Part shown: one piece after another, positions 21,146 to 31,282 of the stretch
Position numbering within the stretch: the stretch's first letter is position 1
Layout: each line of letters begins with the position of its first letter
Source: Nannocystis bainbridge
Lineage (GTDB): Bacteria; Myxococcota_A; Polyangia; Nannocystales; Nannocystaceae
Length of the DNA: 64,000 nucleotides
NCBI RefSeq assembly: GCF_028368995.1
Contig: NZ_JAQNDL010000001.1
Location: 2,272,001-2,336,000 of the forward strand
Reading direction: 5' to 3'
Program-made: the position numbers and the translations under genes
Notes under the pieces: generated by a model
The model's database searches: none
What the model saw: only the letters and a program-made list of their open reading frames with translations
Told to the model about the DNA's origin: nothing

Positions 21146-23329
21146 ATGACTCGACTTCACCACTCCAACGCTCCTCTCCTCGCGTCTGTCTTTGCGTGCA
21201 TGTCCCTCACGGCATGTCCCAACGACCAGACCGACTCCGACACCGCCACCAGCGGCGACACCAAGACCAGCGGCGACTCGACCGAGACTGACGCGACCGA
21301 CAGCGCCGCCCCGACCACCACCGACACCCCGACCACCGCGGCCACCGACGGCACCAGCGACGGCACCGGTGACCCCGGCGAGGAGCCGCCGCCCGCGGGC
21401 GACGGCGAAGAGTCGTGCGACGCCGGCGACGAGGCGTTCGTCAAGCGCGTCATCCCGCTGCTGCAGGGGCGCAAGCCCGAGGGCATGCGCGAGGTCCAGC
21501 TGCTCGTCAGCGCGATCGAGCAGCTCGACGCCAAGGGCCAGGACGGGCGAGCGATCGTCGCCCGCGGGCTCGCGTCCGGCGACCTCTACCTCAACCGCTG
21601 GCGCACCTTCTTCTGGGAGCAGCTGAAGATCAACCGGTTCGAGATGAAGTCGAACTACGGCTGCTACTCGCAGATGACCGGCGCCGCCGACGACGACGAC
21701 CTCGCGGCCTACATCCGCGACAACGACGCCCAGGGCTCGAGCTTCGGCCCGCCGTTCACCATGGGCGACGTCATGATGAGCGCCCTGCGGCTCGACGACC
21801 TGAGCCCGATGTACCGCGCCGACATGTTCGCGCGCATGGCCCGGCCGCTGTCCGGCGCCAACATCACGCAGGAAGAGTTCGAGATCAACGCCCGCTCCAA
21901 CTACGGCGAGATCTTCGAGTCGAGCTACCTCGGCCGGCGCAGCGGCTGCCTCGAGTGCCATACCAGCACCGAGTCGGTCACCTACAACCCCGACCCCAAG
22001 TACAACCACTTCTGGGCCCTCCCCGGAGACTTCGAGGGCGCCATCTACGGCGACCCGAAGGGCCGGCCGGAGGAAGAAGTGTACGCCGCCTTCCGCTGGA
22101 CCGGCTTCGTCGACAACGACGGCGCGGTCGAGCCGTGGGGGTGGAGCAACAGCTGCGGCCGCTTCAACCCCGGCAACCAGGGCGACATCCTCGGCATCCC
22201 CGGCTACCTCGGCGGCGCGCTGCCCGAGGGCGGCCAGCTGTTCGACATCGATCCGCTGTTCAAGACCGGCTTCGCCACCCTCGCCAGCGAGGGCCTCATG
22301 GTCGACGGCAACCTGTCCGTCGCCCCCGACCAGGCGCTCGCGTACCTCACCGCCGTCAACATCGCCAACGGCGTGTGGAAGGAGATGCTCGGCTACCCGC
22401 TGACGCTCGCGCACAGCTTCCCGCGCAACGAGAAGCAGCGCGACATCCTCGGCGAGCTCGCCGACGCCTTCATCTCCGACGAGTACTCGCTGCGGACGCT
22501 CCTGGTCGAGATCGTCACGCACCCGTACTTCAACCAGGAGGCGCCGGACCTGTGCGACGCCTCGAACTCGTACCACATGAAGCCGGTGTTCGACCCGTTC
22601 TCGGTCACCGCCGCCGACCCCAACATGCGCGGCAACGGCGTCGGCGACCGCATCCAGCGCTACAGCGCGTGGGTGCTGGTCGAGTCGGCCATGCGGGCGA
22701 TGTGGTGGGAGCTGCCGGTGCAGCAGGTCCAGGACAACGAGTGGAACTACCCCAGCGTCAACTTCCTGCGCGACCAGGGCGTGTTCCTCAAGGACGCGAT
22801 CAACGGCTTCAACGGCGTCGACTTCAACGGCCTGCTGTCGTGGGAGAACCAGCTCGCCGCCGGCACCAAGCAGTCGATGCAGGGCAGCTGCACCGGCCCG
22901 CTCGGCCAGCCGTGCGCGCCGTACGAATGGATCGAGCTCATGCTGGTCGAGGCCAGCATGGTCCCGGGCGCCACCGTGGGTGACATCGCGGCCGCGATCA
23001 AGGACCGCCTGATCACCGAGCCGACCATCGCCGGCCCGGCCGAGGCCGCCGCCATCGAGGGCGTCATCGGCCTCCCGCTCGACACGCCGATGAGCCAGGC
23101 CGACACCGGTCAGCTCGAGGCCGGCGCGCGCCGGTTCGCCGGCATGCTGCTCAGCACCCCGCAGTTCATGCTCTCGGGCGTGCCCAGCCGCGATCAGGAC
23201 CCGGCGGCGATCCCCGCCTTCGCCGTCCCCGGCACCGACATCGAGTCGCTTTGCAACGTCCACGCCCCGCTGCTCCTGGGCGGCCAGTTCTCGTGGAGCT
23301 GCAGCGCCGACGGGCTCAAGCTGCGCTGA
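21146..23329 (+). CDS. Lipoprotein with a single CxxCH motif, DUF1549/DUF1553-like partner of DUF1501
   Basis: Lipobox LTAC; DEAFVKRV..LLQGRKP, CLECH, IANGVWKEMLG, ELADAF..YSLRTLL.EIV. Confidence 0.75.
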   Translation: MTRLHHSNAPLLASVFACMSLTACPNDQTDSDTATSGDTKTSGDSTETDATDSAAPTTTDTPTTAATDGTSDGTGDPGEEPPPAGDGEESCDAGDEAFVKRVIPLLQGRKPEGMREVQLLVSAIEQLDAKGQDGRAIVARGLASGDLYLNRWRTFFWEQLKINRFEMKSNYGCYSQMTGAADDDDLAAYIRDNDAQGSSFGPPFTMGDVMMSALRLDDLSPMYRADMFARMARPLSGANITQEEFEINARSNYGEIFESSYLGRRSGCLECHTSTESVTYNPDPKYNHFWALPGDFEGAIYGDPKGRPEEEVYAAFRWTGFVDNDGAVEPWGWSNSCGRFNPGNQGDILGIPGYLGGALPEGGQLFDIDPLFKTGFATLASEGLMVDGNLSVAPDQALAYLTAVNIANGVWKEMLGYPLTLAHSFPRNEKQRDILGELADAFISDEYSLRTLLVEIVTHPYFNQEAPDLCDASNSYHMKPVFDPFSVTAADPNMRGNGVGDRIQRYSAWVLVESAMRAMWWELPVQQVQDNEWNYPSVNFLRDQGVFLKDAINGFNGVDFNGLLSWENQLAAGTKQSMQGSCTGPLGQPCAPYEWIELMLVEASMVPGATVGDIAAAIKDRLITEPTIAGPAEAAAIEGVIGLPLDTPMSQADTGQLEAGARRFAGMLLSTPQFMLSGVPSRDQDPAAIPAFAVPGTDIESLCNVHAPLLLGGQFSWSCSADGLKLR

Positions 23330-23346
23330 GCGGTCCCGCCGCCAAA

Positions 23347-23526
23347 CATGGCCCCTGCGACATGGCGCTTTCGCCATGTTCAGGGGCCTCGTCGCGAGCG
23401 GCCGCGGACCGGCATGGATGCGCGCCCCTCGAGACATGTCTCTCTCGCCATGCTCAATAACTCCATGGCAAGCGGCCACGGACGCGCACCGATGCATGCC
23501 CCTTGAGACATGTCTCTTACGACATG
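23347..23526. repeat. Three short 14-bp-phased CATG arrays
   Basis: CATG at 23347/23361/23375, 23435/23449 and 23495/23509/23523. Confidence 0.8.
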
Positions 23527-23585
23527 TCCCGTAAAACTCGTCCCGAGGAGCCGGGAGCGAAGTTCCTCTTCCTGACCCCGATGCC

Positions 23586-23770
23586 CCCCACGGCGCCGGC
23601 GTCACATCGAGCGCAGCTCGGCCATTCGCCGCTCGGCCATTCGCAGCTCGGCCATCCGCCGCTCGACCAGCTTTCGCTCCGCCTCTTCCGCCCGCGACCC
23701 GACCCCACGGCGCCGGCGTCACATCGGGCGCAGCTCGGCCATCCGCCGCTCGACCAGCTTTCGCTCCGCC
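23586..23770. repeat. Direct duplication of the 3' end of the adjacent gene
   Basis: 23586-23683 repeats 23703-23770 (CCCCACGGCGCCGGCGTCACATCG...CTTTCGCTCCGCC), with two extra 15-bp units in the first copy. Confidence 0.85.
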
Positions 23771-24621
23771 GCTTCGGGCTCCGGACACGCCAGATAGCTC
23801 TTGAACAACAAGCTCGCGTTGGCGGGGTTCTTGAACGCGATCTGCTCGATCGCAGCGAGGTAGAGCCGCTCGTGCAGCGGCAGCAGCGCGTCGACCGCCA
23901 TCCGTTCGCCGCTCGAGGCCAACGACTTCAGCAACCCCAGCTCGCGCTGCGCCGCATCGGCCGCGCCGCTGCGGTCGTACACCAGGGCCAGGAGCAGCGA
24001 CGTGCGCACCTGATCGCGCGAGGCCGCCCGCTCGCGGGCCCGATGCGACAGCTCCAGCGCCTGGGCCAGATCTCCGGCCAGCAGCGCCGCGACCGCCGCC
24101 AGCCGATCGAGGCGATAGCCCTCGACCTCCGCCCGTGCCTCCGCCTGCGCCAACGCCGACCGGGCCAGCGCCGGCTCGCCGAGGCCGATCGCCGCGATCG
24201 CCGTCATCACCCACGTCATCGGCGGCGGCGCTTGCCCGCGCCGGCTCGCCTCGCTCCGCGCCGTCGCCAGCCACTGCGCCGCCCGCTTGCGGCTCTGTCG
24301 CTGCGCCTCCGCCAGCGCCTCGACTTCGCTGGCCAGGTTCGACAGCGGCGGCAAACCCGGCACCTGCGTCAGCTCCAGCATCGCCGCCGCCACCAACACC
24401 GCCGGCGCCCCCGGACACAACCGGGCCCGCTCCGCCCACAAGTTCGTTCCATCCGCGCCGACCAACTGCTTGGCGACGGCGATCTCCGCGGTCCGCTCGA
24501 GCTCGCGGCACTGACTCCACGGACGGCTGCCCGCCTGAGCCCAGACCGTGGGCGGATCGGGCGGCCGGGGTTGCCACCCCGCGGGCGCGAGCGTCAGCCA
24601 GATCGCCGCCACGAACGACAT
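23719..24621 (-). CDS. Secreted TPR-like helical protein
   Basis: Start MSFVAAIW with signal peptide; Ala/Leu-rich helical repeats (LALVYDRSG). Confidence 0.65.
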   Translation of the reverse strand: MSFVAAIWLTLAPAGWQPRPPDPPTVWAQAGSRPWSQCRELERTAEIAVAKQLVGADGTNLWAERARLCPGAPAVLVAAAMLELTQVPGLPPLSNLASEVEALAEAQRQSRKRAAQWLATARSEASRRGQAPPPMTWVMTAIAAIGLGEPALARSALAQAEARAEVEGYRLDRLAAVAALLAGDLAQALELSHRARERAASRDQVRTSLLLALVYDRSGAADAAQRELGLLKSLASSGERMAVDALLPLHERLYLAAIEQIAFKNPANASLLFKSYLACPEPEAAERKLVERRMAELRPM

Positions 24622-24725
24622 CGAACGCGAGCCTAGCACCTCGCATCGCCCGCTGCGGGCGCCCCGGCATCAGCACTTCGCGCCGAATTTTTGGTCCTCG
24701 CCCGCCCACGTCGCACACTCGCCGC

Positions 24726-25472
24726 GTGACTCCCCGGCCTTCCGTTCGCGCCGGCCAGGGCAACCGGCGGCGCCGGCCTCCCGCCCAGGCGGCAGCTCGC
24801 CGACACACGCGCTGGCTCGTGAACCAACTCCGCCGCGGCGCGCTCGTCGTGCGCGGCCTGCCCGCTCGCCTGCAGACCCGGATCGCCTGGCGCAGGGCCG
24901 GGCAGCTCGTGGCCGAACAGGGCCGGGCGCTCGTACCCGCGGCCCAGCGCGCCTTTGCCGGCGTCGGCAAGGGCCTCGACCGCGGCGCCAGCGAGCTCGG
25001 CCGCTCCGCCGTCGCCAGTGGACGCGGCCTCAACAGCCTGTCCCAGCTGAGCGCGGGCTGCTTGCGTCGCTTCTCGCACCTGAGCCTGCGCGGCTTCGCC
25101 CAGCTCGCTCGCCTGTCGCGGATCGCCGGTCTCGCCCTGGGCCGCGGCGCTCGCCGATTTGGCGTCGCCAGCGCTGTCCTGGCTCGCCATGTCGGAGCCT
25201 TCCTGTGGGCGCGACGCACGATCCTGCGCGCGCTGGCGCTCCGCGGCGCCTGGTGGGGTGCCCTGGCCCTGTTGTGGTTCGGCGGCCGGGCCCTCCTCGA
25301 CCTGCAGGTCCCGCTCGCCCAGGACGCCCTCCCCCTGTTCCTCGTCGGCCTGGCCCTGTGCTTGCCGCTCTTCTTCGCGGGTGCTGCGCGCCTGCGCTGG
25401 GCCGGCTTTGCTCTCGGAGCCGGCCACGCCGCGCTCGCGGTGCTGGTCTGGACCATCACGACGACCGGCTGA
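24726..25472 (+). CDS. Hypothetical membrane protein
   Basis: C-terminal part of ORF 24135..25472 has three TM helices; start uncertain. Confidence 0.45.
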   Translation: MTPRPSVRAGQGNRRRRPPAQAAARRHTRWLVNQLRRGALVVRGLPARLQTRIAWRRAGQLVAEQGRALVPAAQRAFAGVGKGLDRGASELGRSAVASGRGLNSLSQLSAGCLRRFSHLSLRGFAQLARLSRIAGLALGRGARRFGVASAVLARHVGAFLWARRTILRALALRGAWWGALALLWFGGRALLDLQVPLAQDALPLFLVGLALCLPLFFAGAARLRWAGFALGAGHAALAVLVWTITTTG

Positions 25473-25513
25473 CACCCCTTGGCGAGCCCGTGCGCACGCG
25501 ATACGCCTGATGC

Positions 25514-27136
25514 GTGCTCCCTCGTGGGCCTCTGCGTCCCGTCGTGCTGACCCTCTCGGCCGGCCTCCTCGCGCTCGGCTGCCGGGCCGATGGCGCGCCG
25601 ATCGACGACGACACCGGCAGCGACACCGGCACCGGCAGCGACACCGAGGCCAGCGACGTCCCGAGCCCCGGCTTCCTCAACCCGGCGCTCGGCGACTTCA
25701 TCGTCTCCAGCACGCAATATGTCCCAAAGGACATCGTCGTCCAGAAGATCACCGTGGGCAACACCCAGCTGATCATCGACGGCCAGACCGCCGGCACGCT
25801 CGGCCCGGGTAGCGCGCTCGGCGAACTGACCGGCGATCGTCTGCGGATCTTCCTCCACGGCGCCCTCGCGCTCGGCACCCACACCCTGCAGATGGCCTCG
25901 CACACCCCCGAAGGCCCGCTGTTTTCGGCCGAGCTGACCATGAACGTCACGGCGCCGGAGATCCAGTTGCCGCGGGTCTGGACCGAGCTCGAGCCCGACC
26001 CGCGCGATGTCGGCGACGCCCTGCTCGTCAGCGGCGCCGGCTCTGACAGCCTCCTCGGCGTCCTCGCTCGCGGCCCCGTCCCGACGCTCCGCCTCTACCG
26101 CGCGGATGCCGACACCTGGGCCGAGACGCCCTTGCTCGAGACTACACTCAAGGGACATGTCCCGGAGGCCATGGCCTTCGCGCCAGGTATCGCCGCGCTC
26201 GCGCTGCCGCCGACGCCCGGCAGTGACATCAGCGTCGTGCGCATCGCCTATCGCCGCGGCATGCCGGGCGACGCCATCGTCACCCACGACTTCACGATCG
26301 CCCCCGAGGCGGGCATCGGCCCCCTGCAGACGGCCGTCGACCTGTCGGCCGACATCTTCGGCCACGCCGAGTTCACCATGCTCGGTCGGCCCTTCCTCCT
26401 CGGCGACGTCCTGTTCGCGGAGTTCATCGCCGCCGACGACGCCGAGATCCCTCACCCCGGCGATCGCGGCATCGCCTACGTGCGACGAAGCAGCGATCGC
26501 AGCAACTGGTCGCCGCCGGAGCGGGTCCCGACCGCGAAACCGCTCGATCTCGACGCACTCGGCCCCGCGCTCTCCCTGCCACACCTCAGCCTCGGCGCCG
26601 GCATCTCCGTGCGCCTCGGTCAGCGCCTCACCGGCATTCTCTCCCTCTCGGACGCCGGCGCCGCCCTCGTCTCCGAGCCGGGCGAGGACATCGACCTGCT
26701 GCCCGGCGTGCCCGCGGTCCTCAGCACGATCTCCAGCAACCTCGGCGCCCGCACCGTCGCCGCCGTCACCCCCGATCGAGGCGTCGGCATCGCGTTCCTC
26801 GGCACCACCGGCAAGCCCGACAACACCGCCGTCACCGTCCCCCGCGAGAAGCTGCCCGACGCCCGCATCACCGCCCAGCCCGCCGCCGGCGTCCTCCTCG
26901 GCTACTCCGTGTTCCTCCTGCCCTACGGCGACGCCGCGCCCGTGCACCTGGTGTTCGGCGACGGCATGCGCACCTACGTCTTTCCGCTCGTCGACCCCGA
27001 GCCGCTGTCGTGCCGCGCCGTCGCGCTGATGCCCAGCCTCGGGGGGAACCTCGACGCCCCGGGCATCCCGCTCGCCTGCCTTCAGGGCGAATCGCTGCGC
27101 GTCGGCGTCCTCAAGGCGGGCCCCGCCGAGCTCTGA
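25514..27136 (+). CDS. Hypothetical lipoprotein
   Basis: Lipobox ALGC, Thr/Asp linker, beta-rich body. Confidence 0.75.
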   Translation: MLPRGPLRPVVLTLSAGLLALGCRADGAPIDDDTGSDTGTGSDTEASDVPSPGFLNPALGDFIVSSTQYVPKDIVVQKITVGNTQLIIDGQTAGTLGPGSALGELTGDRLRIFLHGALALGTHTLQMASHTPEGPLFSAELTMNVTAPEIQLPRVWTELEPDPRDVGDALLVSGAGSDSLLGVLARGPVPTLRLYRADADTWAETPLLETTLKGHVPEAMAFAPGIAALALPPTPGSDISVVRIAYRRGMPGDAIVTHDFTIAPEAGIGPLQTAVDLSADIFGHAEFTMLGRPFLLGDVLFAEFIAADDAEIPHPGDRGIAYVRRSSDRSNWSPPERVPTAKPLDLDALGPALSLPHLSLGAGISVRLGQRLTGILSLSDAGAALVSEPGEDIDLLPGVPAVLSTISSNLGARTVAAVTPDRGVGIAFLGTTGKPDNTAVTVPREKLPDARITAQPAAGVLLGYSVFLLPYGDAAPVHLVFGDGMRTYVFPLVDPEPLSCRAVALMPSLGGNLDAPGIPLACLQGESLRVGVLKAGPAEL

Positions 27137-27289
27137 GGGGCCCTCGCCACCGCCGCCGGAGCCGCGGGAGGGCGCATCGCTCGTGATCGATCGCTCACGC
27201 CGTCGCCGCGGCGGTGGCGACCGATCTGCCGCCGCTGCCGCCGCCCGCGAAGTGGCGCCCACGGGAGCCGCCGATATACTGCCCACCTC

Positions 27290-28327
27290 GTGTCGGTGCT
27301 CCGCAAGATCGCCCTCGGACTCGTCCTCCTCGTCCTGATCCTCCTCGGCCTCGCCGCCTGGATGTTGCGCTCGCGCGCCGAGGCGATTCCCGACGAACTG
27401 CCCGCGATCAACGTCGCCGAGGCCGACCCGCAAAAGCTCGTCATCCCCGGGAGCGGCGGCCTCGGCGACCTCGTGCTCGCCGACCTCAAGGGTCGCACCG
27501 TCTACCTGATCGTCGAGGACCGCGAGAGCATGGCTGCCCGCGAATCGTCCGCGATGAGCCGCGCCATGGCCCGCTGGGGCTATCCGGACACCGTGTCCGG
27601 TTTCGCCGTCGGCGACGCCGACGGCTTCGCCCTCCTCGCCTCGAAGATCGAAGAGTTCGTCGGACCGATGCGGCCCGAGCTGCGGCTGCCGCTCTACATC
27701 GACTTTCAGGGCGCCGTCACCAAGACTTTCAAACTCCCGAAAGGCCACGTCGGGATCGTCGTCATCGACCCGACCGGCGCCGTCGCCTATCGCCACAGCG
27801 GCAAGATGGAGCCGGCCGAGATTGAGAAGCTGCGCGGCCTCCTGGGAGCGACGCTCCCAGTCGTGAGCCCCGCCCCCGCGTTCAAGGTCGGCGAGCTCGA
27901 CAACGCCGCCTGCGCGGGCCGCACCTGCGCCATGGTCTTCCTCGGAGGTCCGGTCGCCCGCAAGGACATCCCCGGCGGCAAGCAGGGCTTCGAAGGCAGC
28001 AACGACGACAGCATGAAGCAGTTCGCCAAGCCCGACGTTCGCCTGGCCGGGATCGTCGTCGACAGCGACACGAAGCTCGATTCGGGCAAGGTCGGCGCCC
28101 AGCTCGTCGGCCAGATCGACGGCGCCGAGCTCAAGCACTGGAAGACCGCCCCCGACAGCAGCGAGGCCCGCGCAGCCTTCCAGATCCCCGCCGGCGAGGC
28201 TGCCCTCGTCGTCCTCGATCCGCAGGGCAACGTCGTCATGCGCGAGCTCGGCCGCGTGCCGATGTACAAGTTCGGCATCCTCTCCGAGTTCATCGGCGTC
28301 GAGCTCAGCGACCGCGACGAGCCCTGA
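27290..28327 (+). CDS. Membrane-anchored protein with two thioredoxin/redoxin-like folds
   Basis: N-terminal TM; LADLKGRTVYL; two similar C-terminal segments VVIDPTGAV and VVLDPQGNV. Confidence 0.6.
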   Translation: MSVLRKIALGLVLLVLILLGLAAWMLRSRAEAIPDELPAINVAEADPQKLVIPGSGGLGDLVLADLKGRTVYLIVEDRESMAARESSAMSRAMARWGYPDTVSGFAVGDADGFALLASKIEEFVGPMRPELRLPLYIDFQGAVTKTFKLPKGHVGIVVIDPTGAVAYRHSGKMEPAEIEKLRGLLGATLPVVSPAPAFKVGELDNAACAGRTCAMVFLGGPVARKDIPGGKQGFEGSNDDSMKQFAKPDVRLAGIVVDSDTKLDSGKVGAQLVGQIDGAELKHWKTAPDSSEARAAFQIPAGEAALVVLDPQGNVVMRELGRVPMYKFGILSEFIGVELSDRDEP

Positions 28328-28482
28328 TCTCCGGGGCCGCCGCCGTCCTGCCGTCGCAACCTCGTCCGGGGCGACGACCGGCCTCTCGACCTCGTGCTTC
28401 ACGCTCGCCGGTCTCTCGACCTCGTCCGCCGCGCCGAGCGGCTGCGCCGCCGAGTCCTGCTGCCGATCGAGCTCGCGGCGTC

Positions 28483-29202
28483 TCAGCAGAGCGCCGAGAG
28501 GCCCTCGACGTCGACGAGCACGACCGTGCGTCCGAGCAGATTGACGAGGCCTCGCTTGCGAAAGCTCGCCAGCGCCAGCGAAATGGTCTCGCGGGTCGAC
28601 CCGATCAAGTTGGCCATCTCTTGATGCGTGATCTTGAGGTCGACCTTGATCCCATCGTCGGTCTCGTGCCCGTACTCGCGGCCGAGCTCGAGTAGCAGCG
28701 CCGCCAGCTTGGCGTGGACGTCGCGGAACACGAAGTGCTCGAGCCTGGTCTCCGCGGTGCGCCGCCGCTGGGCCAGCACCTGGGAGAAGCGGAACGCGAG
28801 CACCGGGTCGGAGAAGATGAGGTCTCGCAGGGGTTCTCGCGGCAGTAGCGCCACGATCGCGTGCTTCATCACCTCCGCCATCTCTTCGCGCGGCGCGCCC
28901 GTAAATACGCACAGCTCCCCGAAGAACGCCCCTGGCCCGTGGTAGTCGAGGGTCAGCTCCTTGTCGTCGCGCGACACCTTGCTGCACTTGACCCGGCCGC
29001 CCTGCAGGAAGAACACGTGCTCGCCCGGGTCGCCCGGCAAGTACACGATCTGTCGCCGGCGAAATTCCTTGATCTCCACCACCGCGGCGAGCGCCCTCAA
29101 GTGCTCGCCGCCCACGCCCTCGAACAGTGGGATCTTGCGCAGGTACCAGAGCACCCGGCGCTCGTCCCTGGGCGGAGCAGGCTCCTTGGCGGCTTGATGC
29201 AT
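28483..29202 (-). CDS. Crp/Fnr family transcriptional regulator
   Basis: cNMP-binding fold (GAFFGEL) and HTH ITHQEMANLIGSTRETIS. Confidence 0.93.
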   Translation of the reverse strand: MHQAAKEPAPPRDERRVLWYLRKIPLFEGVGGEHLRALAAVVEIKEFRRRQIVYLPGDPGEHVFFLQGGRVKCSKVSRDDKELTLDYHGPGAFFGELCVFTGAPREEMAEVMKHAIVALLPREPLRDLIFSDPVLAFRFSQVLAQRRRTAETRLEHFVFRDVHAKLAALLLELGREYGHETDDGIKVDLKITHQEMANLIGSTRETISLALASFRKRGLVNLLGRTVVLVDVEGLSALC

Positions 29203-29305
29203 GCGCGCTCTCGCTACCTCCTAAACTACGAGGCTTTGCGGATCCGCGCAATCTGGGAAACGCTCCGCCATCAGCGGCCTGCGCTGCTACCCTGAGAGTT
29301 CCCCC

Positions 29306-30847
29306 ATGTCGATCGCCAGCGGGCTCCCGTCTCCCATCCGCAGAGTGCTTCAGGAGGGCGAGCTCGTCCTCGAAGCTCCGTTCACCCGCCGGATCTTCAC
29401 CAACCGCGACCTCGCGTTCGACCAGATCGGCGTCATCGGCTTCGACATGGATTACACCCTGGCGCTCTATCGCCAGGAAGAGCTCGAGGCGCTGTCGATC
29501 CGCTGCACCCTCGACAAGCTGATCGCCCGCGGCTACCCCGAAGCGCTGCGCGACACGCAGGCCGATCCTGCGTTCGCGATCCGCGGCCTCGTGGTCGACA
29601 AGACGTACGGCAACATCATCAAGATGGACCGGCACGGTTACGTCGGGCGCGCCTATCACGGCAAGAACCTGCTGCCCAAGCCGACGCGCAAGGCCCTCTA
29701 CCGCGCCCAGCGCCTCGGTACCGAGCGCGAGCGCTTCGCCCCGGTCGACACCCTGTTCGCGCTGCCCGAAGTCACCATGTACGCCGAGGTCGTCGACTGC
29801 ATCGACCAGCGACCCGACCTGTGGCCCTCCGGCCCGCCGACGTACACGCAGGCGTGGACCGACGTGCGCGAGTGCATCGACCAGGCTCATCAAGACGGCT
29901 CGCTCAAGGACCTGATCCAGGCCGACCTCCCGCGCTACTTCCAGCTCGACCTCGAGCTCGGACCGACGCTCCACAAGTTCCGCTCGGCCGGCAAGCGCCT
30001 GTTCCTCCTCACCAACAGCCTCCTGCCCTACACCGAGTCGGTGCTCGGCTACGTCCTCGGCGGGCAGATGTCGGCCTACGCCACCTGGCGCGACTACTTC
30101 GACTGGGTCATCGTCGGCGCGCGCAAGCCGGAGTTCTTCACCGGCAACAATCCGTTCCAGGAGCTCGACGCGACCGCCAACCCGCTCGGACGCCCCACCG
30201 GCGAGCCGCGCCGCGGCCGGATCTACAACGGAGGCAATCAGCTCGGGCTGCAAGCCGCGCTCGGTGTCCACCCCGACGAGGTGCTCTACGTGGGCGACCA
30301 CATCTACGGCGACATCGTCCGCAGCAAGAAGAGCTCCGGCTGGCGCACCGCGCTGGTCGTCGAGGACCTCGAGCACGAGCTCGGCATCCGCCGCGACCGC
30401 CAGATCCCGCTCAAGGAGGTCGAACAATTGTCGTCCCTCCGGATCTCGCTCGCCGACGAGCTCTCGGCGCAACGCTATCTGTCGCGCCTGCTCGCGCGCA
30501 TGACTCCCGACGATCTGGTCCGCCAGGGCGTCGCCCCCGAGGCGGCGGAGAGCCTGCTCGCCGACACCCGAATCCAGGTCCGGCGCCGCTTCGACCGCCT
30601 CCGCAAGTACGAGGAAGAGATGGCTGCCACCCTGGAGCGCCGAATCGCCGATGTCGACGAGGCCTTCAACCCCTACTGGGGCTCGGTGTTCGCCGCTCGC
30701 CGCGATTCGAGCCGCTTCGGCGCGCAGGTCGAGAGCTACGCCTGCATCTACACCAGCCGCGTCACCAACTTTCGCTACATCTCGCCGACCCGCTACTTCC
30801 ATTCGCCCCACGGCTCGATGTCCCACTGGCACTCGTCCGCCAAGTGA
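29306..30847 (+). CDS. HAD-IG family (cN-II type) 5'-nucleotidase
   Basis: GFDMDYTLALY, LFLLTNS, ARKPEFF, YVGDHIYGDI, YACIYTSRV. Confidence 0.92.
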   Translation: MSIASGLPSPIRRVLQEGELVLEAPFTRRIFTNRDLAFDQIGVIGFDMDYTLALYRQEELEALSIRCTLDKLIARGYPEALRDTQADPAFAIRGLVVDKTYGNIIKMDRHGYVGRAYHGKNLLPKPTRKALYRAQRLGTERERFAPVDTLFALPEVTMYAEVVDCIDQRPDLWPSGPPTYTQAWTDVRECIDQAHQDGSLKDLIQADLPRYFQLDLELGPTLHKFRSAGKRLFLLTNSLLPYTESVLGYVLGGQMSAYATWRDYFDWVIVGARKPEFFTGNNPFQELDATANPLGRPTGEPRRGRIYNGGNQLGLQAALGVHPDEVLYVGDHIYGDIVRSKKSSGWRTALVVEDLEHELGIRRDRQIPLKEVEQLSSLRISLADELSAQRYLSRLLARMTPDDLVRQGVAPEAAESLLADTRIQVRRRFDRLRKYEEEMAATLERRIADVDEAFNPYWGSVFAARRDSSRFGAQVESYACIYTSRVTNFRYISPTRYFHSPHGSMSHWHSSAK

Positions 30848-30862
30848 GCGACGCTCGCGCGC

Positions 30863-31282
30863 ATGAAGTCGTACCGCGAAGAGCTGTGGTTCCAGACCGA
30901 CTCCCGACGCGCCTACCTCAACATCACCGGGCAGGTCGAGGCCGCGGTCCGCAAGAGCGGCGTGCGTGAGGGGCTCTGCCTCGTCAACGCGATGCACATC
31001 ACCGCCAGCGTCTACATCAACGACGACGAGCCCGGCCTGCTGCAGGACTATGACGACTTCCTCGAGCGCCTGGCACCGCACGCGCCGACCAGCCACTACC
31101 GGCACAACCGCACCGGCGAGGACAACGGCGACGCCCACATCAAGCGCCAGTTGATGGGGCGGGAGGTGGTCGTGGCCATCACCGAAGGCAAGCTCGACTT
31201 CGGCCCCTGGGAGCAGATCTTCTACGCCGAGTTCGACGGCCGCCGCCGCAAGCGAGCGCTGATCAAGATCATCGGCGAGTGA
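30863..31282 (+). CDS. yjbQ: YjbQ/UPF0047 family (secondary thiamine-phosphate synthase)
   Basis: [29 protein letters not shown]. Confidence 0.9.
   Translation: MKSYREELWFQTDSRRAYLNITGQVEAAVRKSGVREGLCLVNAMHITASVYINDDEPGLLQDYDDFLERLAPHAPTSHYRHNRTGEDNGDAHIKRQLMGREVVVAITEGKLDFGPWEQIFYAEFDGRRRKRALIKIIGE

Noticed and set aside
28483-29202. Naming the Crp/Fnr gene mrpC
   Set aside because: Only family-level similarity; no mrpAB context.
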